IMG/VR virus record: IMGVR_UViG_3300037307_000191
Span: 12,357-76,356 of that record
Direction: 5' to 3' (one strand)
DNA from: a virus
DNA length: 64,000 nucleotides
A program made the translations under genes and the position numbers. Positions 10,906 through 21,563 of this stretch are shown here, piece after piece. The number at the start of each line of letters is the position of its first letter. Within the stretch, counting starts at the first letter, position 1. The notes under the pieces were generated by a model. The model was given only the letters and a program-made list of their open reading frames with translations. It ran no database searches and was not told where the DNA came from.

Positions 10906-10913
10906 TATTTATA
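10906..10913 (-). promoter_or_regulatory. T4-type late promoter TATAAATA
   Basis: Exact consensus just upstream of the PAAR gene. Confidence 0.75.
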
Positions 10914-10940
10914 GTACACGGCGGTAATCATCTATTTATC

Positions 10941-11240
10941 CTAAGTTGGAACACACGTTGGACCCTTGTCGCAGAACTTCGTTGATGTCACGTTCTTGAG
11001 GAACTCAACAAAGCAAGTCTTGGTGCGTCTGGTTCGAATGGGATTGACTGGTAGATAGCTATCGGGCTGCTCTTTCACAGGACACGGGCAAAGCGTGAAC
11101 GTCACAATCGGCTCAGGTATGAATGGTTCAGGAATCTCTTCGCAAACGCACTCTTCGATGTGTATAGGTATCTCCTGGACCTTGAATGGAACGTATGGAG
11201 GATCACAAGAGCTACAAAGTGTTTTGGGGATTTGGATCAT
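10941..11240 (-). CDS. Cys/Pro-rich hypothetical protein
   Basis: 99-aa ORF tightly packed in the operon; shares a CxE..PEPFIP..LCPC motif with the upstream gene. Confidence 0.55.
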   Translation of the reverse strand: MIQIPKTLCSSCDPPYVPFKVQEIPIHIEECVCEEIPEPFIPEPIVTFTLCPCPVKEQPDSYLPVNPIRTRRTKTCFVEFLKNVTSTKFCDKGPTCVPT

Positions 11241-11242
11241 GG

Positions 11243-12511
11243 TTACTTACTCAGTTCGAAGTCAAGTAGTGAACTGCCTGACATTGTCAAAACAGTGATA
11301 GGTAGTTTTTGGTTCTGCTCATCGCGGAGTGTAAGCATCACTGCATCGATGTCTGTTTCATTGCGACCATTGACAAGCGAATCAGTGTACATTTTGATAA
11401 GCATTTCAACGGCTTTGAGTTCCTTCTCTTCAAAGGTTAGCAATGCATCTGATAACCCACTTTTTTCCATCATGGTAACGAAGTACTCACTCTTTCTGAA
11501 GTTGTCAATGAATGTCTGGATGTAGGGGCTGTCTTCTCCAGGAGGATTCAACAACACGTTCTGATACCATTGCATGAAGTTCAATACGATAGCTTGCTCT
11601 GCTGATGATTCAGTCTCGCACGGGCAGAGCTTGGGAATGATTTGAGGTATAAAAGGTTCAGGCTCAGGAACAGGCTCGCAACACACTTCAGGAGGCAACA
11701 CAGGATCATCAGGAACGACAATCTCATCTTCGTCATACTCTAGAGCGGGGTGGTTGTCTCTATCCCAACTCCAGTTATTGTGAACTCGAATGCAGAACCA
11801 TCTCTCTGTTGATGCTTCTGGATAGTCGAAGATCCAAGTTCTGATGAGAAATCGCCACTGTCTACCCCACGGCTGCCAAGTCGATCCTATGTTGTAATAC
11901 CAGTTCTGACTGGGACTCAAATCAGCATTTTCATCAATACAATCCATGTTAGGTAACACTCCTTCAATGTTTCCTAAGTCGCCCATTGTCAATCCCGGAG
12001 GTAGATGACCATCTATGATTTCAAAGTAGAGTGTCTTGACACATCGTCTCTCAGGAAGAGTTGTATCGAACTGAATCGGATTCAATGAACTGCCAGTGTA
12101 TGCTCGAGGAACGAGATTTGCATAGATCGGGAATCCGGTGAAGACTCCAGTAAGGGTGCCTGTGTAAGAGAATGTTGTGCTTCCGATACAAATGATGTAT
12201 GACCCCACAGTGAAGTCTTTCTGGAAACTCAAAATCATCTCAGTGACTAGAACAGATCCTAGTAAGACGATCTCATTAGCTGTGCCTAGCTGATAGAAGT
12301 GTACAGTAACACCGATATTAGTAGGTTGTATTCTCGAGACAAGTGAGAGAGTAAACTGCACGGTTTCTTGACGTATGATATCAAGTGCAAATAGCTGCTT
12401 GAGACTACTCGTTATGGAGATAGACATAGCTGTATTAGGAGTCATACGTACGATCGAATCAAGAGTTCCTTGATCAATCTTACTCTGAATACTTTGTTGG
12501 CAAGTTGGCAT
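11243..12511 (-). CDS. Putative virion protein with Ig-like (He_PIG-type) segment
   Basis: 422-aa ORF; FEIIDGHLPPGLTMGDLGNIEG resembles the putative-Ig repeat. Confidence 0.6.
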   Translation of the reverse strand: MPTCQQSIQSKIDQGTLDSIVRMTPNTAMSISITSSLKQLFALDIIRQETVQFTLSLVSRIQPTNIGVTVHFYQLGTANEIVLLGSVLVTEMILSFQKDFTVGSYIICIGSTTFSYTGTLTGVFTGFPIYANLVPRAYTGSSLNPIQFDTTLPERRCVKTLYFEIIDGHLPPGLTMGDLGNIEGVLPNMDCIDENADLSPSQNWYYNIGSTWQPWGRQWRFLIRTWIFDYPEASTERWFCIRVHNNWSWDRDNHPALEYDEDEIVVPDDPVLPPEVCCEPVPEPEPFIPQIIPKLCPCETESSAEQAIVLNFMQWYQNVLLNPPGEDSPYIQTFIDNFRKSEYFVTMMEKSGLSDALLTFEEKELKAVEMLIKMYTDSLVNGRNETDIDAVMLTLRDEQNQKLPITVLTMSGSSLLDFELSK

Positions 12512-12524
12512 TAGTACAATCCTC

Positions 12525-15500
12525 TTAGAAGCACTCTGCTCTCACAGAATGAGCAAATGGTTCGCCTTCAACAGGAACTGGATTGAAGAGTTCAGGGATG
12601 GTGTCCCCATCATCATTTTGATAAACAAATTCATTGTCGAAGCAGCCCTCCTCTAAGAAGCGAATACCGTACTCTGTGTGAATCTCAAACTCAGCACTAG
12701 CTCCTGCGTACACGTTGATTGGAGCTTCATAGAATCCAATGGATAACCTCTCTCCAGAGTAATAAGTGTGCTTAGCTTCCCAAGGGAAGTCAAACGTCAG
12801 CTTCTCTCCTGAGTATGCTTGTAACAACCACGGCGGCTTAGTTTCGAGACTAGCAGAGAAGAAGGCGCCGGTTCCATTGTCTGGTACGAGCAACACAATG
12901 TCATCACTCAATGCGCAGGAGAATGTCTCTCCACCGTAGAATCGATCAACGTAACAGTCTTCAGGAAGAATGTCATTCAATTCAACGACTACCCAGTTAC
13001 CCGTTGGAATGAAGTAGCCTTTGCACAGCTTGTGTCGTAGATCAGCAAACCAATCAAGTTCAATCTGATGACTTATCTGCGAGAATGTGATTTCAAAGTA
13101 ATCGACATTATCAATCAGTTCAGCAACGTGACCTGTCGGGAATTCAACCTTCATTCTCGGATTGCAACGCAAGTCAACCGTCATGTAAGTGCGGTTTCCA
13201 TACCCCACTTCTTCTGGATACATTCCCTTCTCGATGATAAACATCAAGTTGTTAGATTGCGGCCTCTCTCCGCAGCATTCATCAGTCGTCAGGTCAAAGT
13301 AAGTTGCACTACGAATATCAACTTGAGTCATTATGCTCGTTCTATAGAGCACTCTGAAGTTAGCACTATAGAGAACTTCTAATCCTGGAGTCATCCACTC
13401 GCCAGGTCTAAAGTAGAACATACCTAGTGGTTCGGATGGATGCGTGTCGTATGTGAGACTACCACGCTGACCCTCATACATCGTGATCGGGATAGCTACA
13501 CTAGTTGCGAGTGTAGCTACGCAATGTGTACCAGTCACCATGTACCAGTGTGGCTCATTAGTCATTCCAATGACGTTAGCCCACTCTCCAGAATAGTGTC
13601 GTCCTATCGGAAGCTGAGTAGCCGTCTGCACCGATGCAATAACAGCTTGACCTCCGTAGTTCATAAGCAGCAATGGAGCAGCCGGGTTATCTGTCAGCGT
13701 AACGACTGTTCCTTCTCCAGAGTATCCTATGTTAGGTAGAAGAGTTCGAGTTGATAGCGATAGTGACGATAAGTACTGACCTGAGTAAGCTACACCTGCG
13801 ATTAGATCAGGTGGGTTGAGAGTAAGATCAGCATATCCTCTTGATCCAGCACGCCCAATGATCTCAACGGCATACTCTACACCTAGATTAACTAGCCCTG
13901 TTTCGCCAGCATATCCGATAGATGGTAGATTGTATGTTGTCGCCATATCCGCGACAAGAGCATTCTCACCAGCATAGGCCGGCAATGGCATACCGAGATT
14001 GACAACATACTCTATGTCAAAGAATAGTCGTGCACCCTCGTAAGCGATAGCAGGGAATGTGATCCCAAGCTGTAGGTCAAGACTGCCTCTGCTTCCCGCA
14101 TACGCGGTTGCGCTCATCGGTATAGCTAGAGCCACCGTCAATGTCGCATAAGCGTTTTGATCCGAATAGGCCAGCGGATTGAGTGCATCTTGAGTACGAA
14201 GAGTAGCATCACTGTATTGATCTGAATAGGCTACAGGGACAAGAGCAGAAGCATAGAATACGGTTAGTGTTGCATCACTATATTGATCAGCGTATGCTTG
14301 AGCACTCAGCAGGTTAACTGTTGAAAGTAGTAGATCGCCTCTACTTCCTGCATAGAACGGTAGCGTAAGTTGCTCGCCCACAAACGTCGTAAAGGTAACC
14401 GAGTTGAGTTCTCCTGCATACGCTGGGAGTGCAAACACACTCGATGTCACCAAGAGTATCGGATCGACGTACCCACCTGCATACGCTGAGACTGTTAGAG
14501 GAATCGATGGATGAACATCTAATGAAGCTGTACTACTATCACCTGTCGCTGCAATGGCTTCTATCGCCGATACAGTGTAGAGATCAAAGTCACCTCTTTC
14601 ACCGGATCTTGCATCACTGTCTATCTGATCAAATGGGTTGACATATAGATCAGCAACACCAGCTTCGCCTCCTCTTGCCTCAGCATAGAGAAGACTGAAT
14701 GTGCTTAGAACTAAATCTTCCCTTTCGCCTGAGTTAGCCTGGAAGATGCCTAGTCCCGCACTTGGGAATGTTGTAAAGGTGACTAGGTTGTTCTCACCTG
14801 CGTAGGCAGGAGCATCAATGATACTGCTGGTCAGTAGAACAAGACTGAGCGTCTCAGATGCGTAATGAGTTACTGTGCCTAGATCGATACTCGGATAGGT
14901 CGTTAAGACTGTGAGATAATTCTCACCTGCGTAGACCGGGAGCTCAAATATGACAGAAGTGTATAAGTTATCTGGTGCTGCGGTTTCACCTGAGTACGCT
15001 TGTGTTACGCCTAGTTCAGTAAACGGAACTAAAATGATACCTTCGTAAGTACCAATCGCCATATCGCATAGGATTTCGCTATTTCCAGTCGTATAGTTGT
15101 GGTAGTGGATTAAGAAGGTGTCTGTTGTCTCTGTCAATCCGTTGTTGAACGGATTAGCCATGTTGGAGAATGTTCCACTCTGGCGAACTGCATTATTCTT
15201 ACCATATACGGTAAAGATGGTATTGGATGAAGACCCACGTATGACTATAGAACATAAATCAGTGCCATTGAGTTCTGTCGTAGTCCAATTCGATATGACC
15301 GTGAGGTTATTCGTTACCTCTCCCGATGGACCAATCCAATTTACTCTAATAGCTCCAGAAGTTGTATTGCGCATCCTTATAATCAGAGCGCGAGAGAATC
15401 CCCAATAGTTCGGGCAGTCATAACCCCATGACCAAGTTGCAAAGGTGATCGAAGCAGGAGTATAGTTGGGGAAGAAACAGAACCATAGACCAGCATCTGT

Positions 15501-17339
15501 GAAGTCATCGTCATACCAAGTCGTAGACTTTGTGCGCTTGAATCTGAACGTGATATCTTTATTGTTTTCTAGTTGCTGCGGTAGAGCGAAATAAGCGTTA
15601 ATGCCTGCGTTAGCAGCAGAACTCGTTAGGGAATTCAAAGTCAAACAGGTGGATGTTTGAGAATGAGATGCCGCACCATGGAAGTGAGAGAATGTGGAGT
15701 TCGGAACAATCGTGAGATAATCATGACTGATATAACCATACTCACCAGTATAAGCGTCTGAATAGAATCTGATGTTAGCCTGAAGACCTGCAATGCCTGT
15801 TCCACCATCGGCGATATTGATATCGCCAAAGTTCGCATGAGGATCGATGGTAAACTCTATCGGATCAACATACTGACCCGTATACGCTGGTACGGGCTCA
15901 AAGCGCGGAATGAAGTGTAGACCAATACCTGCGAGATAGTGCTCTCTTGCCTGATCAGCTGTAAGTGCCGTTGGGTAGATTGCGACATCTTGCATGTAGC
16001 CCTTATAGTAGCCATATACTCCAGATTGAGGCAAGCCTTGAGAATTGAATTGAGCTCGTGCTTGATACCCTGTCGCGACAGCCACACCATTGACATAGAG
16101 AGTCGGAGTTCTGTCATTCCAACTAACCAGAATATGAGTGAATTCTGTTGTGCTGATAGGCTGCTGATAAGACAGCAAGATTGGTAGGTAAGCATCTCCG
16201 TGAGCAACAACCTGAATACCGTTAGATCCAACAGAAATACCTCCACCAGATCCTGATCCACTCTGGCGAGGATAGACAGCATAACGCTGACCAGTTACAC
16301 CTTGCGTACCAGTCGATGATGGGGTATAAAGGGTAATCGTCGCACCAGCATCAGGTTTAACCCATAACTCTTGAGTTAGGTTGGCACTGACGACAGATGT
16401 CGGGTTACCGACGATTATGTCATTACTACCATCGAGATAGACAGCGTACTTAGAAGCAACCGGAGACGCATTGGCGAGGATAGGCCCATTGGTGTAAGTC
16501 GCTGGAGAGTTGTTGCCTGTGTAATCTATCGCAGAAGTGCCTGTCTGCTCATCCATCTTCCAGTAAGCCGACGGTCCTTCTGTCTTGATGTAGTCAGCGT
16601 ACTGTGTCGGCTTCAGAGATGCATCTGAGTATTCGCCCGTGTAATGATATAGATCCAACCCAATCGTTACTGATAGTGTTGATTCAATATTTTCACCTGT
16701 GTAAGCATCACTGGATAGCTCAGCACGGACAGGCAGAGTGATTGTAGATACTACGCTGTACTCACCTGAATACGCAATAGGTGCAAATAGAGCTGATGTT
16801 AAGACACCTGCGATGCTGTACTCACCTGAGTAAGCGTCTATACTTCCTAGTAAGCGATAGGTAGCAAGAGATACATCAGCAGTTGAACCTTCCCAGAACT
16901 GATAGAGATCTGCTGTCAAGAGCTCAGTGACAAACGATAGTTCGCCACTATATCCTTCGAATGAAGCAAATGCCGCGCACGGGGTATCTGGGAACACCAG
17001 ATTGACGTTGCCGACAGGAGCAACGTATTCGCAGAAGAATGAGAAGTTGTTATTTGCGTCTGAGTGATAATAGTACGGATCAGTAGTGAAGGTCAGTACT
17101 AATTCGCGTTCGCCTGAGTATGCAGTAGATCCTAATCCTGGAGAGATCTGTAACGAACTGAGATTGAGCAATCCGCCAGCCAATGCGGCACCATCGAGAT
17201 ACTGGATGATTAGAGGCGCTTCGCTGAGAGCAAAGCTTTCGATTTCAGTTCCATTGAAGAAAGAAAAGATACCGAAATCATCACTACTCGATGATTGGTT
17301 AAACGGAGTTGCGTTTAAGAGTGTGTTTAGACCTGACAC
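12525..17339 (-). CDS. 1604-aa repetitive virion/tail protein with AYxGE repeats and an inserted LamG domain
   Basis: Dozens of (A/H)Y(S/T/A)GE motifs about 18-20 aa apart; PSAYWKMDE...QDVAIYPTALT LamG segment. Confidence 0.7.
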   Translation of the reverse strand: MSGLNTLLNATPFNQSSSSDDFGIFSFFNGTEIESFALSEAPLIIQYLDGAALAGGLLNLSSLQISPGLGSTAYSGERELVLTFTTDPYYYHSDANNNFSFFCEYVAPVGNVNLVFPDTPCAAFASFEGYSGELSFVTELLTADLYQFWEGSTADVSLATYRLLGSIDAYSGEYSIAGVLTSALFAPIAYSGEYSVVSTITLPVRAELSSDAYTGENIESTLSVTIGLDLYHYTGEYSDASLKPTQYADYIKTEGPSAYWKMDEQTGTSAIDYTGNNSPATYTNGPILANASPVASKYAVYLDGSNDIIVGNPTSVVSANLTQELWVKPDAGATITLYTPSSTGTQGVTGQRYAVYPRQSGSGSGGGISVGSNGIQVVAHGDAYLPILLSYQQPISTTEFTHILVSWNDRTPTLYVNGVAVATGYQARAQFNSQGLPQSGVYGYYKGYMQDVAIYPTALTADQAREHYLAGIGLHFIPRFEPVPAYTGQYVDPIEFTIDPHANFGDINIADGGTGIAGLQANIRFYSDAYTGEYGYISHDYLTIVPNSTFSHFHGAASHSQTSTCLTLNSLTSSAANAGINAYFALPQQLENNKDITFRFKRTKSTTWYDDDFTDAGLWFCFFPNYTPASITFATWSWGYDCPNYWGFSRALIIRMRNTTSGAIRVNWIGPSGEVTNNLTVISNWTTTELNGTDLCSIVIRGSSSNTIFTVYGKNNAVRQSGTFSNMANPFNNGLTETTDTFLIHYHNYTTGNSEILCDMAIGTYEGIILVPFTELGVTQAYSGETAAPDNLYTSVIFELPVYAGENYLTVLTTYPSIDLGTVTHYASETLSLVLLTSSIIDAPAYAGENNLVTFTTFPSAGLGIFQANSGEREDLVLSTFSLLYAEARGGEAGVADLYVNPFDQIDSDARSGERGDFDLYTVSAIEAIAATGDSSTASLDVHPSIPLTVSAYAGGYVDPILLVTSSVFALPAYAGELNSVTFTTFVGEQLTLPFYAGSRGDLLLSTVNLLSAQAYADQYSDATLTVFYASALVPVAYSDQYSDATLRTQDALNPLAYSDQNAYATLTVALAIPMSATAYAGSRGSLDLQLGITFPAIAYEGARLFFDIEYVVNLGMPLPAYAGENALVADMATTYNLPSIGYAGETGLVNLGVEYAVEIIGRAGSRGYADLTLNPPDLIAGVAYSGQYLSSLSLSTRTLLPNIGYSGEGTVVTLTDNPAAPLLLMNYGGQAVIASVQTATQLPIGRHYSGEWANVIGMTNEPHWYMVTGTHCVATLATSVAIPITMYEGQRGSLTYDTHPSEPLGMFYFRPGEWMTPGLEVLYSANFRVLYRTSIMTQVDIRSATYFDLTTDECCGERPQSNNLMFIIEKGMYPEEVGYGNRTYMTVDLRCNPRMKVEFPTGHVAELIDNVDYFEITFSQISHQIELDWFADLRHKLCKGYFIPTGNWVVVELNDILPEDCYVDRFYGGETFSCALSDDIVLLVPDNGTGAFFSASLETKPPWLLQAYSGEKLTFDFPWEAKHTYYSGERLSIGFYEAPINVYAGASAEFEIHTEYGIRFLEEGCFDNEFVYQNDDGDTIPELFNPVPVEGEPFAHSVRAECF

Positions 17340-17349
17340 AGTGTTCTCT

Positions 17350-19566
17350 TTATGGTGTATAGGCGATGAATGGTATATCTACAGGATAGATGTGGTGACC
17401 GTTATCAGCAAACCCCATCAAGTTTGTATTTACGAGATTCTCTCTGCTCACCCAACGGGCATCGGATTGAGCTGTTGTGATGGATTGGCAGAGTAGATGT
17501 CCAGTTGCCATCAAGCTCCAAGTCGGATATGTGAAGGCATAATTGAATCCGCAGTTCTGTTCAAATGAGGAATGATCATAGGCAATCAGGACAACACAAG
17601 CGTCGTCATTGAACCAACTTCTAATCTCTCCCATTGCAATTAGTGAAGTCTGAGAGATGCAGTTTTGCTTCCAAGGTAGGAATAGATAGAATCGATGAGC
17701 GTCTCCGATTGCTTTCCACGGTGAACGATTAGGATCCTTATTGATAGTGTTCTTACCTTGTTTCAAAAAGTATAACTCTTCACTCGGACTAGATTCATCT
17801 AAGTTTGAAAGGCTCAACACGGATGTCGCTGTTTGAGTGTCATCAACAATCATCTGTTTAGCTGCTGCAGTTATAGAAGTCCCTCTGTAAGTAGCCTTAT
17901 CAGTTGAAGTGATTCTTTGCCAACCTGATCCACCGCCGATAGCACACTGCTTGATAATTGCATCCTGATTGAACGACTGTTGTGCTGATACACTCTCTGC
18001 AGTGATTGTAAACTGATCACTCGTCACTCCACTGACTCTCCAAGTGTGACTTTGAACTGAATTACACCACTGGCTGACCAGCACCAAATCACCAGGTCTA
18101 AATGGATGATTGAAATCTAGTAACAACGTCAGTGTACTTGCACTAGTGATCTTCATATCCAATGCAATGTGATCAGTTCCGCCGACATTGATAACTCCTG
18201 TTAGACGAGCAGCAGTATCTGGGATCAGAACAACTACACTCTGTGCCGTTGATTGCACTCTCCAGCATCCACTGAACACTGCTTGCTTGTTAGCATTGAA
18301 TGTGACCGCGGTTCCAGATGATGGGAGCCCTCCTGATGGAGTCCACAATCCTGACGTCGTAGTGACTTGCATAGCTAATCCGCCACTCAGTGTAGAGTTA
18401 TAGATCTTACAGTGACGATTGCCTAAGATGAGACAGGTGTCAAGAATCGACAGTAGATTCCCTGGTAGTTTCTGCACTGCAGGAGTTCCATAGACGATAG
18501 AGTGTGCGGGCCTCGAGCATATAGCAGAACGATATGTTGTTGTAAGAGCTAACTGGCTAGCACTCAGCCAAGCATTCGTCGGAAACGGCTTATTGAAGAA
18601 GACAGCAACATTTGAGAAGGTCGTTTTGTTCAATAAAGCCATTCTTGAGTACACTGGATGAATGCTCAGTGCAAAGAAAGCGAGCCCACTGAAGTTGGTT
18701 GTCGATGAAACAGCATCCGCACCATCGATAGAAAGACTGAACAGACAACTCTGCGTCGAGATCTGTTCTATCCCTATAGTAAAACGATGTGCCCCCGCTG
18801 TAAAGGGTTGAGCCGGATCACTCTGTGCATCAACAGTTACTAGTGTACGTTTCCAGAGAACTAGTTCTTTCATTTCTGATCCGTCTTGATATAGTAAGAC
18901 GATCTTGAGATGCAGTGAAGGTCCGATATAACTTCCATCACAGTTGAAGTGCACTCCAGACTCAGCAACGAGACAAAGCGGCCCCATGATAAGCAGAGTC
19001 TCAAACATACGATGCGTCGTTGGCTTCTCACAGATATTGACTGACGTTCTCTCACCTGAATATCCACTAGTGAAGTCCCACTCATCGGATGTGTAGATGT
19101 GATTGATAGATGCGCGACTTCCGTTCTGAGCATAGAGTGTTGGGAGCATCGGCTTAAGAGCAGCTTCATGGACTTCTGTAGTTGGATCCAACAAGATATC
19201 AATCCACATCGAAGTTATACTCAAGTCGTTTTGAACTCTCTCCCCAGAGCGATAGATGTAGATGTCACTCTTGAATTGAGGAATCGTAAACTTGAGTGCC
19301 GTTGAAGGAATCGCCCAGTCAATGGAATCAACCTTTAGCGTTCTATTCGCATCGATAGGCTGAATGCCTGCAATGGCGGGCTCGCCTAAGTAGTTGACTT
19401 GTTTCTGATTTTCAGCAGCTTGCACATACGTACCGTTCTGCGGCTCTGCAAACAAATGATTACTCTTTCCACTGAGATCACAATAGATGTTGTGACCTTC
19501 AGGTTCATTGAGTCTGCAGTAAGCCCAAGGAGATTGAGATAGTATGTAGTCTGAGAAGCATAGCAT
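17350..19566 (-). CDS. Putative tail fibre / virion protein (paralogue of the next gene)
   Basis: N-terminal FSDYILSQSPWAYCRLNE; C-terminal WKAIGDAHRFY...LATGHLLCQ shared with 19579-21552. Confidence 0.65.
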   Translation of the reverse strand: MLCFSDYILSQSPWAYCRLNEPEGHNIYCDLSGKSNHLFAEPQNGTYVQAAENQKQVNYLGEPAIAGIQPIDANRTLKVDSIDWAIPSTALKFTIPQFKSDIYIYRSGERVQNDLSITSMWIDILLDPTTEVHEAALKPMLPTLYAQNGSRASINHIYTSDEWDFTSGYSGERTSVNICEKPTTHRMFETLLIMGPLCLVAESGVHFNCDGSYIGPSLHLKIVLLYQDGSEMKELVLWKRTLVTVDAQSDPAQPFTAGAHRFTIGIEQISTQSCLFSLSIDGADAVSSTTNFSGLAFFALSIHPVYSRMALLNKTTFSNVAVFFNKPFPTNAWLSASQLALTTTYRSAICSRPAHSIVYGTPAVQKLPGNLLSILDTCLILGNRHCKIYNSTLSGGLAMQVTTTSGLWTPSGGLPSSGTAVTFNANKQAVFSGCWRVQSTAQSVVVLIPDTAARLTGVINVGGTDHIALDMKITSASTLTLLLDFNHPFRPGDLVLVSQWCNSVQSHTWRVSGVTSDQFTITAESVSAQQSFNQDAIIKQCAIGGGSGWQRITSTDKATYRGTSITAAAKQMIVDDTQTATSVLSLSNLDESSPSEELYFLKQGKNTINKDPNRSPWKAIGDAHRFYLFLPWKQNCISQTSLIAMGEIRSWFNDDACVVLIAYDHSSFEQNCGFNYAFTYPTWSLMATGHLLCQSITTAQSDARWVSRENLVNTNLMGFADNGHHIYPVDIPFIAYTP

Positions 19567-19578
19567 ATTCAGAATCCC

Positions 19579-21552
19579 TTATATCGTAACTCGTGGAATG
19601 GGGATAGGATACATGCGTTGCCCGCTATCAGCTTTTGCTTTGATGTATTCGTAACTGCCTCCTGAGTTTGAACGAACCCAGCGTGAATCAGAATGTGTTC
19701 CAGGAAGTTCGGTTTGACAGAGTAAGTGTCCAGATGCAAGGATTAACCAATCAGAGTAAGCGAATACTCCATTGAATCCAGGATTGCCGATATTTAGATC
19801 AACAAAACCAAGCAACATCGTTCTCCAAACATCATCAGCCCAGTCGCGTATGTCACCAAACACAATAAGTTGTGAATGAGTCTTCGGATTCTGTTTGTAT
19901 CCGATTGCAATGTAGAAGCGCTTGTCATCACCGATGATAGTCCACTCTGGTCTACTTTGACGAGTATCTGGTTGATAGTGAGTAGATGGTCGTTTCAGAT
20001 TTCTTCTCAAGTACAGAACATTAGATTGAGCTGATGTTGATGGATCAAAAATACGCAATGCAGATCCGCTCTTACTCGTGTCGTCGACCTGCATGGCCAT
20101 CCCTAACTGTGATGTTGCACTCCTGTAGTAGATTTGCCCGCCGTTATGAGTCTTAACCCAAGCGCCTCCGCCTATCGGGGGTCGTTTGACGAGCATCACT
20201 CCTGTCTCATCATTGAAAGTTCCTGGCAGTGAGAATGAAACTGATGACTTATCAATAGATTCAACTCTCCAGACAGCATTGAGGTTTTGAGAGCTGCCTT
20301 GGAGAGAGATCAAGTCACCGATTGAGAAGTCATGGAGTGGCAACTCTGTCGTAGGAGAGGAGTTGTGTGGCAGCATCAAACGAATGACACTCTGCCCACT
20401 ATCATTAGTGGCTGTCAAGTTGAAGATAACTCGTTGGCTCATTCCTCTGCATAGCATAGTGTCAAGCTGTGCAAGCATACTGTTAGGATAGACGTCTGCA
20501 ATGCGAGATGTGTTGACATTGTCAGATAACTGAGCTGTGTTACTATCTGATCCTGGCTGGAAAGTTGTGAGAGCTTGCCATGATCTAGGTATGTAGTCAT
20601 AAGTCAACGGATGCGTGTTGTTGTAGTACACGGATAGGTTGCTGATAGCTGGGCCGCCGTAAATGGTGACATCGGGCCAGTTGCTTGGATAAGTAAACGT
20701 GTCAGAACACGTCCACCCCCTGAAATCCATGTATGTTGTAGGTAGAGAAACTACTTGATTAGAGACAGAGTAGCTCTTTGTTCCATCATCGAAGATTGCA
20801 GAGAAGATGATTGTTTTCGAATCAATAAAGTTGAAGTCAATGATAACTCTTCGATCCTTGATCAGCATCCCTGTTCCAGTAGCGTCATAGAGAGGGCCTG
20901 CTTGAGAAATTCGACCTGTTTGAACTGTCTGCCCCTCAAAACTAATGAGATATGGGAGCCAATGAATTGGGCGGCTGGAGTATCCTGAACTCGCATAGTT
21001 GTTGTTAATGCTACAGTAAGAATGGATGTTAGCGCAGAGAATCAAATTAGATGCTCCAGCCACACAACCGCAGTTGTCGCAAGGTCTAAACCAGATAGTG
21101 TACATCCATAACGACACCCCACCAATCATGATGATAGGATACATCATAGGAGAGCAACCGTATGATGCTTCGGGTGGAGGAGACATTAAGAACTCTGCTC
21201 GTACTCGATACATCCACTCGGTATGAGAGACATAAGGATACTCAGGATAAACATCATTGCTGTGATAGCCAGATGCTAACCAGATCTTTGACGCATCCTC
21301 AGAGCAATGCGACATACTACTAGATGAGTTTGACGTCCCCGCTCGGATACCTCGAATAGGAACAGAATCAGAAAACGGCAAACTGACTGCATGTTGTTCA
21401 CCTGTTATGTTGTGACTCATCGACAGATGTCTTTCATTCCCAGTAACATCCATCAGCAAGTGAGTCTCATTGTAGACTCCTAGATCTGGATCGTTTAGTG
21501 GCCAATAAGCCCAGGGGCGGTTGGCTAAGATGAAGTCACTATATGAGATCAC
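19579..21552 (-). CDS. Putative tail fibre / virion protein
   Basis: YSDFILANRPWAYWPLND N-terminus; WTIIGDDKRFY...LASGHLLCQ C-terminus. Confidence 0.65.
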   Translation of the reverse strand: MISYSDFILANRPWAYWPLNDPDLGVYNETHLLMDVTGNERHLSMSHNITGEQHAVSLPFSDSVPIRGIRAGTSNSSSSMSHCSEDASKIWLASGYHSNDVYPEYPYVSHTEWMYRVRAEFLMSPPPEASYGCSPMMYPIIMIGGVSLWMYTIWFRPCDNCGCVAGASNLILCANIHSYCSINNNYASSGYSSRPIHWLPYLISFEGQTVQTGRISQAGPLYDATGTGMLIKDRRVIIDFNFIDSKTIIFSAIFDDGTKSYSVSNQVVSLPTTYMDFRGWTCSDTFTYPSNWPDVTIYGGPAISNLSVYYNNTHPLTYDYIPRSWQALTTFQPGSDSNTAQLSDNVNTSRIADVYPNSMLAQLDTMLCRGMSQRVIFNLTATNDSGQSVIRLMLPHNSSPTTELPLHDFSIGDLISLQGSSQNLNAVWRVESIDKSSVSFSLPGTFNDETGVMLVKRPPIGGGAWVKTHNGGQIYYRSATSQLGMAMQVDDTSKSGSALRIFDPSTSAQSNVLYLRRNLKRPSTHYQPDTRQSRPEWTIIGDDKRFYIAIGYKQNPKTHSQLIVFGDIRDWADDVWRTMLLGFVDLNIGNPGFNGVFAYSDWLILASGHLLCQTELPGTHSDSRWVRSNSGGSYEYIKAKADSGQRMYPIPIPRVTI

Positions 21553-21563
21553 ATCTTATTCCT

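Noticed and set aside
12525-17339. CRISPR array or DGR template/variable repeats
   Set aside because: The repeats are degenerate protein-level motifs. I saw no identical spaced DNA repeats, adenine-specific repeat pair or reverse transcriptase.
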